From Eledone cirrhosa (lineage: Eukaryota): DNA of 64,000 bases. Positions within the stretch are counted from its first letter, which is position 1. Every line of letters starts with the position of its first letter. Both the position numbers and the translations under genes were made by a program. The DNA lies in assembly GCA_964016885.1 (NCBI GenBank), contig OZ024740.1:307210001-307274000 (forward strand), given 5' to 3'. The notes under the pieces were generated by a model, which saw only the letters and a program-made list of their open reading frames with translations, searched no databases and was not told the origin of the DNA. Positions 27,191 to 41,637 of this stretch are shown in pieces.

Positions 27191-27221
<31 letters not shown>

Positions 27222-27562
27222 CATTGTACCCCCGGCATTCGCGGTCCCGGTTATTGGTGAAATTTTCATTAGAACCTAACTAATAATTATATGTGGAAAC
27301 CATCGCATATTCACAGAATCGTAAATATCTTCCGCGATTTTTTAAAATGAATTTTTTCGTGGCAATATATATCTTTTAAGGGTAAATTATTAATAACAAT
27401 ATACCGTATTCGCCGGCCTATTGTGGACGCCCCTTGTTTTATTATATTTTACGTTCTATTTTGACTTTTATAGGCATTTTTATGGACCACGTTCAATATT
27501 CGCGGTTTTTCACTCTTCGCGGGTGCTCTAGGAACGTAACCACCGCGAATACCGGAGGACAA

Positions 27563-27565
<3 letters not shown>
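27222..27565. mobile_element. Tc1/mariner-pogo-type MITE
   Basis: Imperfect TIRs CATTGTACCCCCGGCATTCGCGGT / ACCGCGAATACCGGAGGACAACTG, between TA dinucleotides. Confidence 0.65.
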
Positions 27566-27651
<86 letters not shown>

Positions 27652-27664
27652 CTTTATATATATA

Positions 27665-29053
27665 CTATCTGGCTCGTCCGGCTGGCGACCGGCTAGGTAT
27701 ACCGGTATATTATCTTTTCAGGAATCCCCCTACAATTCAGTGCAAAGATACCTCACGCCCTCTCAAGTCACCGAGGGGGGGGGGGGGTAACGTGCACTGG
27801 TGTTGGGTTTGAATAGTTTTTAGGATTCCCCAGTTCAGCAGCCAGTACGTTAAAGAAAATTGATAGTTACAACAATAAAGGCTGAACAGAGAACAAATTT
27901 TTTAACAAACAATAATTTGTACAACCATAATAGAAATTCCAAGTAATAGAAAATATTTAAATTATATTGTTAGAGCCTCAGAGTATACAATATTTTTTGT
28001 TCGGCCCTCCAGAGCAAAGATGAAGAGATTGTTTGGCGAGCTCACCCTAGAGCATCCTACATACAATTGACCATGGGAGAATCACTGATTTCGTAGCTCA
28101 TCTCGCAGAGAAGCTCTGTAGACGTTGACCTCTGGACACTCCTGTCGGGAGCAGGTAAGCTGTAGTGACTTAGAGGCCTACCACCAATCTCCAGGGCACT
28201 GTTTTCAAAACAAATGAGCGCTTCATTGAAAACAACATCGTATGTTACGTTTGGATTGTATCTGCGTGTGCAGTGGAGGATGTCCTCAATTAAACTTTCA
28301 CGGTGGTTGTTCCACAGTGCGAGAGGGTCGGCAAAATCGCAGTTGTGCAGCATAATAGCAAAAGGTTTTCGCAGCTGAGAAGTGACTTTAGTAGTTGCTG
28401 CTTCTTACAGGGTGAGGTGCCAATGGCTGTCATCATGTAACATACCACGCATCTGGCAAGCCAAACGGTAAGTGGAACATTGATGGCCATTGATGGTTCT
28501 CAGATCTGGGAAAGACTGTGGTCCTCTAACCTCGAATAGTAACAATGACGATAAGCCGCCTGTGCTTTCGTGAAATAAATAGATTTTTGTTTTTGTGTAT
28601 GCAAAAATATCTGTACAGATTAATGTTTAAGCAAAGAATCGCTGCTTTCACCCTTAACGGGATCTTCTGAAATTAAAAGAATCCATCTGTGAACGCAGAA
28701 GTAAATATTTCGAAAAACGTTATTTAATGCAGACAGCCAGACATACAGAGACATATTATAAGGGCGCTACGTTATAGCTATGTATCTATCTAAAAAGACA
28801 GACTAAGAAAAAGAGGGGAATGTTGTGCGACGTCATAAGAAAAAGTGAGGAATGACATATAACCGGAAGTGTTGACATTTGAAATTTTAAAGAAGTGAAT
28901 ATTTAAATAATGTCTTTAATCTTTTAACAAAATTGAGTAGACAAAAATACCCTCACTTTTTTACTTGGAAAAAGTTACATCTATGGTGCAAATTTGGTGC
29001 TGTTTGGCGGAAAGTTTGTTACCTACATACGGCCGTCAGCTTTATAGTATAGA
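27665..29053 (-). mobile_element. Internally deleted Helitron
   Basis: 5' end TCTATACTATAAAGC. RepHel remnants (VRGPQSF.DLRTING..TYR.AC..RG.L.DD..W; FSHGQLYVGCSRV..TKNIVY.EAL). 3' CCGG hairpin followed by ATAG|T. Confidence 0.75.
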
Positions 29054-30481
29054 TATAACAAAACAATATATATATATAACAAAACAAAGAGGGTGTGGTA
29101 AGATACCAGGTGGACCATAACGCACCAGAGTACTCAATACGTTGGGTAATAGGAAAAGAGCCTGGACACCTACGGCTGAGCACCGGCCGTTTCGACAGCT
29201 AGATCCGAACTCAGTTCGGAGTCCTGACTCTTTTCCTATATATATAAATATATATATACTACTTTATTACGTGTTCCAGCCGAGAGGCTGTGGCCATGCT
29301 GGGGCACTGCCATTGTTGCTACACTTTCTACAGCCAGCTTTTCTTGGTTGACTATTGATGCAAAAGGGAATTTGTTGCTGCTGCCCTTATTTGCGCTTCG
29401 CCTCGTACTGTGGGTTCATCCGGGATATATATAAATATATATATATAGAGAGAGAGAGACAGACAGAAAGGTAGAGTGAGAGTGTGTGTGTGTTTGCGTG
29501 CAACGACAAGGAAGGCCACAAATCAGAGTAGTACTCGATACATGATGGATTTTATTTTTATATAACACATACATACAAAATGTCCCCCCAAAATCTATAC
29601 ACACTTTGATTACCTGTACAGGCAATATTTATTAGAAAGATTTTGAAGTGTGTATACATTTTTGGGGACACCCTATATATACACACACATACATTCATGC
29701 ATGCACACACATCGCATAAATAGACAGAGAGGGTTTTAATTAAATTAATCTGCTACTTTTTTTTATAAATTGTCATTTCCGTCTTATTGTAGAATTTTGG
29801 TCAAAGTTTATTATTTTAAGTTAATGGACATTGTCAACAATTATCACTAATATTGATAAGTTTATTACTAACCAATGCGTTGCGGCAATTTGCATTTGGC
29901 TAATGCAGTAGTTAAAACTAGAATATTGAAATAATATGGAAGTGAAAATGTTATCCGTTTCAAAGCTTTCAACAAAATCGCTTTAAATACGAATAGCATG
30001 ACTTCATATAACTTTTACATAGCAATTAATCGTGTGTAAAAATATAATTGAACAGCCAGCTTTAATCACATACGTACACATATAGCCAGAAAGATATACA
30101 TATATCGGTATTTAACAATTATTGAAGATATTAAATGGCGGTTGAAAGACCCTGTTCACACATAAAATTTAATGTTATACTGAAACCAAATATTTAAATA
30201 TTACATTGCATTTGAAATTTATTAAATTTGTTTATAAATTTTATCTTAAATACATGATAAATATCTTAAATATTTTACGCATTAAAATATTGATTTTGAT
30301 ATTCGTATAATATTCATTTCCTTTTTTGCCATTTACATCTGAAATATTAAAACGCAAACACATTTACATTTATTACTATATGTTCATTAAATGGCGAAAT
30401 AACTGTATGAGATTAATGAATGTGTTTATAATGTTTTGCTGTCATTTTTTTTCTCTGACTAACCAACGAAGACTGCTTTAA

Positions 30482-30675
30482 AATAATTGTTTTTACTTCT
30501 GGCACAAGGCTAGCAATTATCATCAGTGTATTACTGGTGCTTTATTTTATCGACCCCGTAAGGATGAAAGGCAAAGTTAACCTCGGCGGAATTTAAACTC
30601 AGACTGTAAAGGGCCGTAAGTCTATGCTGCAAAGTATGGCGTCCGACCCTCTACCGATACTGCTAATCCACCGCC
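30482..30675 (-). mobile_element. tRNA-derived SINE (family 1)
   Basis: Family body plus head. Confidence 0.8.
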
Positions 30676-30855
30676 AATTTAAGGCTATAATGGTACTTGT
30701 TACTTTTAAAAAGAACATGGTTCTTTTTATCGCTGAGCTCTATTTATCTTCTCACCTAATTTCAACAGTTATTAGCTACCCTTAGCAATACATGTGAGTT
30801 CATTTTTCAATTGAAACTCCCCATGGATAGAATTTATTTTGTAGCACCAAGGACA

Positions 30856-30961
30856 TGCCTACTGATGAAGATCGTTGTCGTAAATTTGCTAATTATCTGG
30901 TTTATTTTAATTATGGTATTTAGTATTATTTCTACATTGGTCCGAAACTGCGGTGTAGGCA
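30856..30961 (+). ncRNA. Degenerate type I hammerhead with long stem II insert
   Basis: UGCCUA-CUGAUGA...GGUCC-GAAA-CUGCGG-UG-UAGGCA. Stem I is perfect; the cleavage triplet is GUG (non-NUH). Confidence 0.55.
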
Positions 30962-31654
30962 AGTATTTAATTGCAAGCCTGCTATTGAGGTGGTTAACCT
31001 AATGCTCTGGTGGATGAAGTTTGCTATTTGCTGGATGCTCTACAAGGTGGTTGCTTCTAGTTCAGGTTCACGGCTACTCTTGCGTGGGGGTATTTTTACA
31101 CATACACACATGCACATGCACGCGCGCAAGTATAGCTTTTTATACAAAACGGGTTTTTTCCATTCCAGATAGACGCGCTCCATCATTCAATGTTCTCAAA
31201 AAATATATCATTCACGAAACGCCAGAATCAACAGTTTTCCAAGAGATGTCAACATGAATGGACCTGTTATTTTTATCTAAAGACATTTTTTCCAATTCCA
31301 CCCCGCCCGTCCCTTCAATCTATCTTATTTCTCATCCTTTCTTCCGATGAAGGACTAGTGTCCGAAAAGTTAAGACCATTTTCCTGCTATTTCAAGCGTT
31401 CAAGCGTTAACCTAATATATTCCTTCCATATACTGTACCGATTGTGTTATTATTTCTGTTTACCTTTTACACACACACACACACAAACATGTGTGTGTGT
31501 GTGGATTCAGTTTGAAACTGGTTGACCATTACTCAACGGTGTACTCGATACTTGGAGCGGTAGAGTGTGGTTATATTATAAAAAGTCGGGAGCAGTCTGG
31601 AACTAAGTATTGAAAAGGCAAGGGCTCAACCGTCGGGTCCCGACTTTTTATTAT

Positions 31655-31710
<56 letters not shown>

Positions 31711-31857
31711 AAGTATGTGTTAGTTAATTACCGACACTATTGTATGCAGGATAGATCACTCGACAAAGTACACAATGGCGTTTGTTTACTCCGGAGTATA
31801 ATTATAATCATGAAATACAAGTCAACAGGTTAGAATTACGTCATTTAATCATAATCA

Positions 31858-31914
31858 CTGTTATATATATTTCGGTGATAACCGTTATGCAACAGTTATA
31901 ACCTCATCAGACAG
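31858..31914 (-). ncRNA. Type I hammerhead ribozyme (PLE type)
   Basis: CUGU-CUGAUGA-GGUUAUAACUGUU..AACGGUUAUCACC-GAAA-UAUAUA-UA-ACAG; its 3' tail runs into (TA)n at 31657-31705. Confidence 0.8.
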
Positions 31915-32293
31915 CTAGAAGTTGAACAGACCCCTATCCCCGAAAGACATGAAGAAGAAATAAAAATTAGTCCTGTTGTTTCGATTCATTGATATGTTCG
32001 GGGCTGATATTTGGTGTTATTTGAGATAATCTTGTTTTAAAAGGTGATGACCGAGCGCGTCTAGCTGAAAGGGAAAAAAACGCTTTGTATATAGAGATGT
32101 ACGTGTGTGTGTTTGTTATTGGCATATACAAAGCTAAAAGGATATATATGTGCATATGTAAGTATAAGAAGTGTGTGTACGTGTGTTTATAAGTACAAAG
32201 CTGTGAGCATATGTGTGCGTATATAAGGGTGTGTTTGTTAGTTTGTGTGTGTCTGTGTGGGTGTGTGTTAGTTGTTGGTCCGTTACAGAGCTG

Positions 32294-32670
32294 TCACCGC
32301 AGCCTCGCTATCACCACAGCCTCGCTATCACCGCAGCCTCGCTATCACCACAGCCTCGTTATCACCGCAGCCTCGCTATCACCGCAGCCTTGCTATTACC
32401 GCAGCCTCGGTAACACCGCAGCCTCACTCTCACCGCAGCCTCGCTATCACTATAGTCTCGGTAACACGGTAGCCTCGCTATTACCGCAACCTCGCTATCA
32501 CTGCAGCCTCAGTAATACGGCAGCCTCGCTATTACCGCAGCCTCGCTATCACTGCAGCCTCAGTAACACGGCAGCCTCGCTATTACCGCAGCCTCGCTAT
32601 CACTGCAACCTCAGTAACACGACAGCCTCGCTATCACCCAGCCTCGCTTTCACCCCAGCCTCGCTAACAC
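32294..32670. repeat. 17-bp minisatellite with 51-bp higher-order period
   Basis: Unit CAGCCTCGCTATCACCG; every third unit in the 3' half is the variant CAGCCTC(A/G)GTAACAC. Confidence 0.9.
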
Positions 32671-33702
32671 CCCACGAATGTTTTGGATTGTCTCAAACGT
32701 TTTTGAGAACCAAACCAACAGGTCCTGCTGTAATATGTAACCGAGGAAAGATGCATATCATCATATGTTTTCTTTGCGAATCATTTTTATTCTTATTGTC
32801 TATTCTCTTTGATTAATAAAATAAATAGTTACTTTGTTGTGGGAATTAAATCATATTTTTTACATTTAAATAAATCATTTCGTCGGCGATATAAAACATA
32901 GCCAAGTGCAGATGTTTCTTAATACTATATCATCGATTAATTATTTTAACAAAAATATTTCATTTGCTAAGCCACGGCAAGCCCAGAATTCCGAATAGTA
33001 CATGTGAACGAATTTGAGCAGTGAAAGTAACAAATACCAATAGAATATCAAGAAGCAGATGAATAACAGCCCCAATTATATAAACATGTAAGTCTGTATA
33101 TTTTGGATAACGCATTAAGTTCATATTTGAATAGTCTTGCTATCTTAGTCCGCATATATTTTGATTGAAGTCTTCTCAAAACTAGAACAAAGCTTAAAAC
33201 AGGTAATAATATCATTAATACAACTAATAATGTTTCCAAACAAAGTCTTTATTGTTTCTTGTAATATAAAGTTTAAAACCAAAATAATTGTACCAGCGAC
33301 ATGTAGATAGATTACATCACTGTTACATCAGGAACTGCAGGCTCTTCAAGGTACAGTGACTTCATGGTATACATGATCTTTGTAGTATGCGGGCACTTCA
33401 TGGTATACAAGGTCTTCATTGTATATAAGGCGATCAGTGTCAACTTACACATAAGGAAAAGAGGGGGGGGGGGGGGAGATACAGGGAAGTTTTTCTATGC
33501 TTGAATGAGTTTTAGCAGGGGTTAATAACAGCAAACTTCAATGAGGCACAGGCGTGGTTAAGGAGTTCGTTACGCAACAATATGGTTCCGGGTTGACTCC
33601 CACTGTGTGACACTTTAGGCATGTGTCTTCTACTATAGTTTTGTAGTGACCAATGTCTTGTGTGTAGAAAATTGGTAGACACAAACTGTGAAAGAACGTC
33701 GT

Positions 33703-33789
<87 letters not shown>

Positions 33790-34319
33790 ACTCACACGTA
33801 TCCGGAACACATGCAGCAGGGCGGAGGACCAAGTCATCCACACGGCACATTTCCTGGATGTACTAAAACCGTAAATATAACTGACTTCATGGTATACATG
33901 ATCTTTACATGATCTATACATGATCTTTGTAGTATGCGGGCACTTCATGGTATACAAGGTCTTCATTGTATACTATATTTAAAACAATGTTGAATACATA
34001 TAAAAATGAGAAAACTCATCGCCAGAACAACCGTTAAGACAGCTAAATGGTGTCAAATGGCTAAAAAGGCCTCAGAGACCAGCGGCCAGTGATCAACAGA
34101 GAGACAATCTTTGTTCTATTTTTCTTTGTTCTATTTTTTCACTAGACACTCTAAATCCAAAGAAATCCGCGCTTTCTTCGTGTTGAAACATTGAATATGC
34201 CTACAGATTTTTCCAGACACTTTGCAGTATATTTTTTGCGATATTATTTTCGACCATATCCTTTAAATTAAACCCATTCGTGAAATCTGTTGGAAGTTTC
34301 CCATTATTCAGCACAACGA

Positions 34320-34722
34320 GGGCGGGGGATTGGCAGAATCGGTTGAGCGTCGGACAACATGCTGTGTAGCATAGAGTTACGTACCTTTCCATTCTGAGTT
34401 CAAATCCAGCTTTGCCTTTCATGCTTACAGGGTCTATAAAATAAAGTATCAGTAATGCACTGAGGTCGATTTAATCGATTTTCCCTTTTCCTCAAAGTTG
34501 TTGGCCTTGTGCCTAAAACAAATATCATTATTCAGGATTGGCAGTATCGGTAGAGGGTCGGACGCTATGCTTTGACGCATAGAGTTACGGCCCTTGCCAT
34601 TCTGAGTTCGAATCCCGCCGAGGTTAAATTTGCCTTTTATCCTTACGGAGTCGATAAAATAAAGTACCAGTAATGCACTGAGTATTTGCTGGCCTTGTGC
34701 CAAAAAGTAGAAACAATTATTC
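34320..34722 (+). mobile_element. Two tandem family 1 SINEs
   Basis: A box TGGCAGAATCGG / TGGCAGTATCGG and B box GAGTTC(A/G)AATCC. Confidence 0.8.
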
Positions 34723-35284
34723 AGCACAACAAAGAAATGGTGCATGATCTCTGATTTGTATTTCGATTTCAAAGACATACAGATGAAGGATGCTAGTCAT
34801 TGACTAATATGGTTCACCCGCTCTCCCATTTCCATCTCTGAGCATAATTATTTCTGGTTAGTTTTAAAAAATCTTTTTACATCAAATCTGTTAGCACTAA
34901 CTTAACTATTGTCCAACTTATATCAACACTGAGAAATAGAGGTTAAAACAATAATGATAAATGCATTGTATCAAATGTTAACAATTGCTGTGGTGTCTTT
35001 ATGGCTGTGTCTATGTGTGTGTGCATATGTGTTTATGTATGTGTGTGTTTTAGTGTGTGTGTGTGTTTAAGTATGTGTGTGTTTAGGTGTATGTGTGTAA
35101 ACAATTGCTATGATGCGTGTATGTGTGCGTGCGTCTATATGTGTGTGTGTTTATGTGTGTGTGTGTGTGTGTATGTGTTTACGCTTTCTATAAATATAGT
35201 ATGTATACAAATTAACATTTTTGACTGCTAGCTAATTCATCAACAATCCTTACACACACACATATACACACACATACATACACG

Positions 35285-35391
<107 letters not shown>

Positions 35392-35714
35392 TGTATATTT
35401 ACGATATTTTCAAAAGTATGTAAATCTGTCGTGACTTTCGGTTACGAATCCATGTAAACAGCACATCTAGAGAAGCAAACAACTCTCATGTCTCGAATAC
35501 CCCCCCAGCTTATTAACTGTTTATCCCCCGCCCCCTCCCCGCTCTTATTCCAACACCCTAACACCGGCTTATTAAATTTTGCTAATCTATTTCCGGCGAA
35601 ATTTTATGTTATGTGGCAGCATTCTTGCGACAATTAATTTTCTTTAGACATTAAAAAAACAAACATTATACATGACAAAAAAAAGAACATTACTAGAAAT
35701 CCCATACGTTATAA

Positions 35715-35905
35715 AATAATTGTTTCTACTTTTGGCACAAGGCCAGCAATTATGCCAGTTCATTACTGGTACTTTATTTTATCGACCCCGTAAGGATGAA
35801 AGGCAAAGTTAACCTCGGCGGGATTTGAACTCAGAATGGCAAGGGCCGTAACTCTATGCGTCTAAGCATGGCGTCCGACCCTCTACCGATACTGCCAATC
35901 CACCA
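35715..35905 (-). mobile_element. tRNA-derived SINE (family 1)
   Basis: Family body plus head. Confidence 0.8.
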
Positions 35906-36209
35906 AGATAATGAGGATGAGTCAGGGTCTCAATATGTAAACTAAACGATTAATTTTGGTTTTTTAAAAAATCAACGGAGACAACCTAGAAAAATTACCG
36001 ATTTTCCAACCACACCGTTTACCCCCCCCCCACATTTATCCCCATCAAGAGTATCTTTCCGGATATCCATCTGTCCGTTTCACACTCTCTCTTTTTCTCT
36101 CCCCCTCTGTCTCTATCTATCTATCTATCTATCCATCTATCTATCCATCTATTTGCCTCACTCTGTATCTACCTATAGCTACCTAGCTATTTATCTATCT
36201 ACCTACATC

Positions 36210-37630
36210 TGGTCAAGAAATGACGATGCAATGCAGAATGAGGCTAGAGTTGGCTTAGTCATCGCGAACACTCTCTTCAGCAAATTTATGCCTCTTTCTT
36301 TTGCTATATCTGACAGTCTAATGAGATTGACCCTGGATGGAAAGCAAAGTTTTCAGTGCCTATGCTCTTATAATGGCAAATATGTGTGTAGACTCACCGT
36401 GTAGGCACCTAGACACAGTTCCATCATCCGACAGGTTTTTTTTCTAGATGATTTTAATGCAAGTGCGAGGAGAGGTTACCAAAATATGGACCGTGCATTA
36501 GGTTACTTTGGAAAAGGAATCTCAATTCCAATGGACAACTTGTTCCGGATCTATGCACTGAATACGATCTGGTCGTGACAAAGACATACTTCCGGTTTCC
36601 TGAAAGGTGGTTTTACGATTGGTGCCATCCACGGTCGAAGCGATAATACCTACTAGACTATATACTCACCTGAAGGGACAGCAATACACTCACAAGCATG
36701 AATCCCCTGACCATGTACTGAATCACACTGCATTCAATTTGTCAGAGAGACTAAAATGCAAGAGAAAATTGCTCCAAAAAGACTGGATGTCAGCCAACTA
36801 AAACCACCCTAAGATCTAATGTACACTTGAGGAAAATACATCCAGCAGCTTACAGATACTATCTGAAAATGGACTGGCTGACACTGCACAAACCGGTGCT
36901 TGCTGGGAGCTGAGGCAATCTACAAAACCGTTGAGTATATATCAACACAAGACTAGACAGTGGACTGTTAAACCTATCCAAACTAACATCCTCTAGAAAG
37001 TGTCGTGATATGTGTATCCGTAAGCTGCATTTTGCTGATGACTCACGTTGTGGCCCACTCTCTGGAGGTTATCCAGAGAATTACACATCATTTCGAATGT
37101 GCTGCGGTAGCTTTCGGCTTTTCAATCAATGTAAGAAAAATTGAAGTCTTATACCACCCAGAACCTGGAATACCAGAACATGAAGCACAGACTATCCTTT
37201 TTGCAAAACAGCCTCTGAATCTAGTGACGAAGTTCATCTATTCAGGTAGTACAACTTCTGATGACAACAGCCTGAATTAAATACGGAAGTAGATCGCCGC
37301 ATCTATTTTTGTTGTGGTCGTTTCGGACAGCTCTGCAATCGTCTGCGGAATTAAAATGGAATGAAACTGCCAACAAAATGCAAAATGTGCGGAGCAGTAA
37401 TGTTATCCTGTCTGCTGTATTCTGCTGAGACTTATAACGGTATATTATTGACACATTAAAAAACTTATGAGCTGCCTGTTGCACCATCTGCGATCCATAA
37501 TGATTATTTCCTGGCGAGACCACATCTCCAGCCAAGTGGCCCTACATTGCGCAAATATGACAAGTTTTAAGTCCATTTTGTTGAAATTGCAGCTGCATTG
37601 GTTAGGACATTTGTCCTTGTGGCCTGACGA
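36210..37630 (+). pseudogene. Highly degenerate RTE-clade LINE (APE and RT remnants)
   Basis: DFNA, NSNG..L, W.HPRSK, FADD..VAHS, FGFSINVRKIEVLY.P, QL.W.GH. Confidence 0.6.
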
Positions 37631-37852
37631 GGGAGGTGAGTTTTAGAACCACTACTCTACTAAACAGTGGTAGCCATAACTGGTTCTGAAACTTAAGGTC
37701 ACGCATACATGTTAAGAGTATGAACTTTAATATAAACTAAATAAACTCTCTTGTACTGGATTGGGCAGTTTTGTTTTGCTTTTTATGTACAGTTATCTTG
37801 CACATACATACATACATACATACATACATACATACATACATACATACATACA

Positions 37853-37943
37853 TGGTGGCTGCCAACTCGTTTTCGAGTACGGCCACTACTTTATATCCAT
37901 GTAGGAGAACCCCTACCGATGCGCTGAACGAGTGTGACTTTTT
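37853..37943 (-). mobile_element. Extreme 3' end of the RTE-derived element, inside (CATA)n
   Basis: Reverse complement of 7911-8001; (CATA)n at 37802-37852 and 37945-37968. Confidence 0.8.
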
Positions 37944-37968
37944 ATACATACATACATACATACATACA

Positions 37969-40031
37969 CAGTGGCGGACTGGCCAAGTTGCCAGGTTTCC
38001 CAATGGCAAGTGGACCCCAGAGGGCCCACGGTAGCATTGCAAGAGCCCACAGTAGCATTGCAGCGCCAACTGTATTATTTTAGAGGGCCAATGCTTTGCT
38101 TTAAAAAAATACCTGAAATCTAAGAGGAAGAATAAAATATTTTAAAAAATAAATAAAACAATTAAGCCAAGCATTTGGTCAACCAATTCCCCAGGGAATT
38201 ACTAGAAACCCAAATATAGGATAGTGCAAATAGCTGGAATCACTGGTTGTACATTCTACTAAATCTAAAGCTTAGTGTATTCATTCATGCATGCAAACAT
38301 ACATATATAGACACAGACACACAGGCATATACATATTTATATATTTATATACTTACACACGAACTACTGACCAAATAATATTTGGTATCAATGGTTTAAA
38401 GACATCTGTCAAATCAATTAGTGGTGAAGGTGGTGTGTGTATATATATATAGAGAGAGATGGATAGATACCCCCCCCCCCCATATATATATATATATATA
38501 AATAAATGAAAAATGGCGAGCTGTGTTGTTGCATATAGGATATCTACTATATAAATTGGAAGTGGTCGGACGTTGTATATTTAAGTAAGAAGGTGTAGTC
38601 GGATAAACGACGAAATGGCTTGGTGGTATGCAGCGAAAATTTACACAGTTATGCAGAATGACCCGAAGAGGCGTTGGACCTGCTTTTAGGGTACAAGCTT
38701 CCATGGTTACGGAGAAAATCGATGAAACAGGAATTTCCCATTCAAATTGAACTGAGGGTAATCTGTGAACGCAGAAGTCAATATTTCGAGAAACGTTCCA
38801 ACCGAACGAAAACAGGAAGACGATATTTTGGTTCGTGAAGACGTTCCCTGGCAATGAACGGAAAAAAGCGAGGATAATACGTCGTTATGTGGAGCGTGAA
38901 GAATAATTTCATGCAAAGACAAGACCAAGTTTATGGTATAAATGGAATCGTTAGACTAATATTCTATTTAACATAACAGAATGATTTCCAGCCCCGGAGT
39001 TTAAGAATGATGTAAATAAAATTGAAAACGAAAATGACAGAGGTTATTAAAATAGTAAAAGTAAATAGTGAAGATTTAGGCCAGTACATACGTATGCCCC
39101 GACGGACATACACATACATACGCACACACAAATACATCCCCCTCCCCACACACACACACGAACGTTCGTGTGTATAAACCTTATGCATTTCTACAGTATT
39201 TTCACCAAACTTAAGACATAGGTTACTTATGTACTCCGGATGGTCATGGGCACTTTCATTTTTTACAGATATTGATTATAGGGCCTCCCGGCAGATAACC
39301 CCCTTTAACCACTTTCTTGGAGTCGACTGAAGCACTGCAGTGCAATGCAACAAAACGTCATAACTTCTGGATTTCGCAACCGATTTTCACAAAACTTGAC
39401 ACATGGGTTACGTTTGTCCTACAGATGAATGTGAACTCTCAGAATTGGCACATATTGAGTAGGGGACCCCTGGGGGCAGGAACCCCCTTTTTGGAAAAAG
39501 CCGATGATTTTGTAAAAGTATAGTTTTCGAAGCAGCACTGAAGTATTGACATAAATGGTATACACAACTGCTATTTAATACCCGAGCAACGCCGGGTACC
39601 TCTGCTAGTATATAATAAAAGAAGAATTAGAAATAGAAGCCAGGAATATCCATCATCAGTGGTCTACTAGCCATCATAGGTATTTCTTCGCACTACAGAC
39701 CATATACCTCAAGCTAGGGTGCTACAATAACTAAATTAAGTTATTAGGCTAAAAAGAGTTGGGTGGAGAAAGAGAGACAGGTAAACAAACACGAATGGTG
39801 AGGCAACGTAAAGAGAGGTAAGGAAAAAGTATGACGCTGACGGCAGAGCTCAAGCCGTTTCGACGGCTATTTCTGGACTCCAGACCTCTGAGTCCAGAAA
39901 TAGCCGTCGAAACGGCTTGAGCTCTGCCGTCGGGGTCATACTTTTTCCTATTACCCACTCTGCTACCCTAAGTATTGAGTACTCTGGTGTGTGCGTTATG
40001 GTCCATCTGGTTCCTTACCACAACTCCTTCG

Positions 40032-40093
<62 letters not shown>

Positions 40094-40468
40094 ATAAACG
40101 TGCTGCGTTGTTGCTAATGGGTTACATATGAATAAACTTAGTCCTTCACAGACTAGATCCCTTCTTCCTCCCATTAGACCTGTACGGAATTCCTTCCTTG
40201 CTCACATTCCAACCAGGTTTGATGGTCTTTATTCTCTCTCGTTCACGATTTCACCGAACTTATATTCATGGAAATTTGGGACTTGACTCGCTCTTCCTCA
40301 CTTTTCGTTGCTTCACCATCTTTGTTTGTTTACACTCTCGTGTCCCCTTTATTTACGTGTCCCAACGACTTTTTTTAGCCGTTGCTCGCACCAACCGGAG
40401 GTATATGGTCTTTAAAGCGATGAAATACCAATGATGGTTGGAATATCACTGATGAAGGACTAACTTTA

Positions 40469-40527
<59 letters not shown>

Positions 40528-41637
40528 AGTGAGTGTGAAAGACCAAAGGTCATTATTGAAAGTCTCTGCATTTCGCAAAATACATAATAATTTTTACTGG
40601 AGAAGGAAAGATACCTTCCCGCAAAAATTTGATTGCACTGTCATTTATTCATTATAAAAATTAAATGATAGCATTCTATATGTAGGTGGGCCCCCTCATA
40701 TACCAACCAATATTTTTAGACCTAATCCGCCACTGTATATATATATATATAATGCCAATCATTGTAAGTTTTAATCTAACTGACATGCAAAAACATATAT
40801 ATAGGAATAAGGTAAGCCCAAATCATAGTAGATTTAAATATCACAGAGAGAAAGAGAGAGGGGGGGGGGAGAAATGAGGTGGAACAGAAATGAAACATGG
40901 ATTACAGGTTAAAATATAGTCTAGTTAGATGTGAAACAAAACGAGGATGTAGTTTATAGAACACCCAAATGATTTAGAAGTCGACCTTAAGTAGGAGCAA
41001 TAACATTAAGAAAGACATGAATGACACCACAACACTTTGTTTTGAAAATTTTGAAAGTAGGCTTATAAGTATGAATTTTCATAAAATTTTAGCAGTTGTC
41101 TCTGTGGCCTAGCAGTAGGTAGTGGAGTCGGTGGTGATCCTGGCCTTGGGTTTAATCCTGGTCAACAGCTTTTATTTTGCAACCCATAGAAAAAAACTGA
41201 AAAGGCTTATTGGGAACCCTACCTTCAACCAGGATCGAACTTCAGACAAGTATCACCACCATCTATGATTCCCCCAATTAGGCCACCGAGAAAGCTAAAA
41301 AAGTATACTGAAAATTGATAATTATAACACTACTTTCAAAATCAAAGTTAAAGAAATATGGTTTTTGTTCATGGCTTTCCTAGAGCTATTAGTAATATTT
41401 AGGATCGACTTCTGGTCATTATTGAAGTTATCTGGATTTCGTTAAATACATAATATTTTTTATTGAAGAAGGTAAGATATTTTTCCGCAAAAATTTGATT
41501 GCACTGTTTTGTTTCCACTTATGTATTTTTCGAAAATGTTAATTATTCATTATAAAAATTAAATGATAGCATTCTATATGTAGGTGGGCCCCCTTCATCT
41601 CCTGGCAACCAATATTTTTAGACCCAGTCCGCCACTG
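37969..41637. mobile_element. Non-autonomous hAT-type element with nested insertions
   Basis: TIRs CAGTGGCGGACTGG / CCAGTCCGCCACTG. 8-bp flanks TACATACA at 37961-37968 and 41638-41645; these lie in a microsatellite, so they are weaker evidence. Confidence 0.7.
39185..39608 (+). mobile_element. Non-autonomous Helitron
   Basis: 3' hairpin TACCCG-AGCAACGC-CGGGTA, then CTAG|T at 39605-39608. Confidence 0.65.

Noticed and set aside
32211-32816. 201-aa repetitive ORF
   Set aside because: Translation of the 17/51-bp minisatellite.
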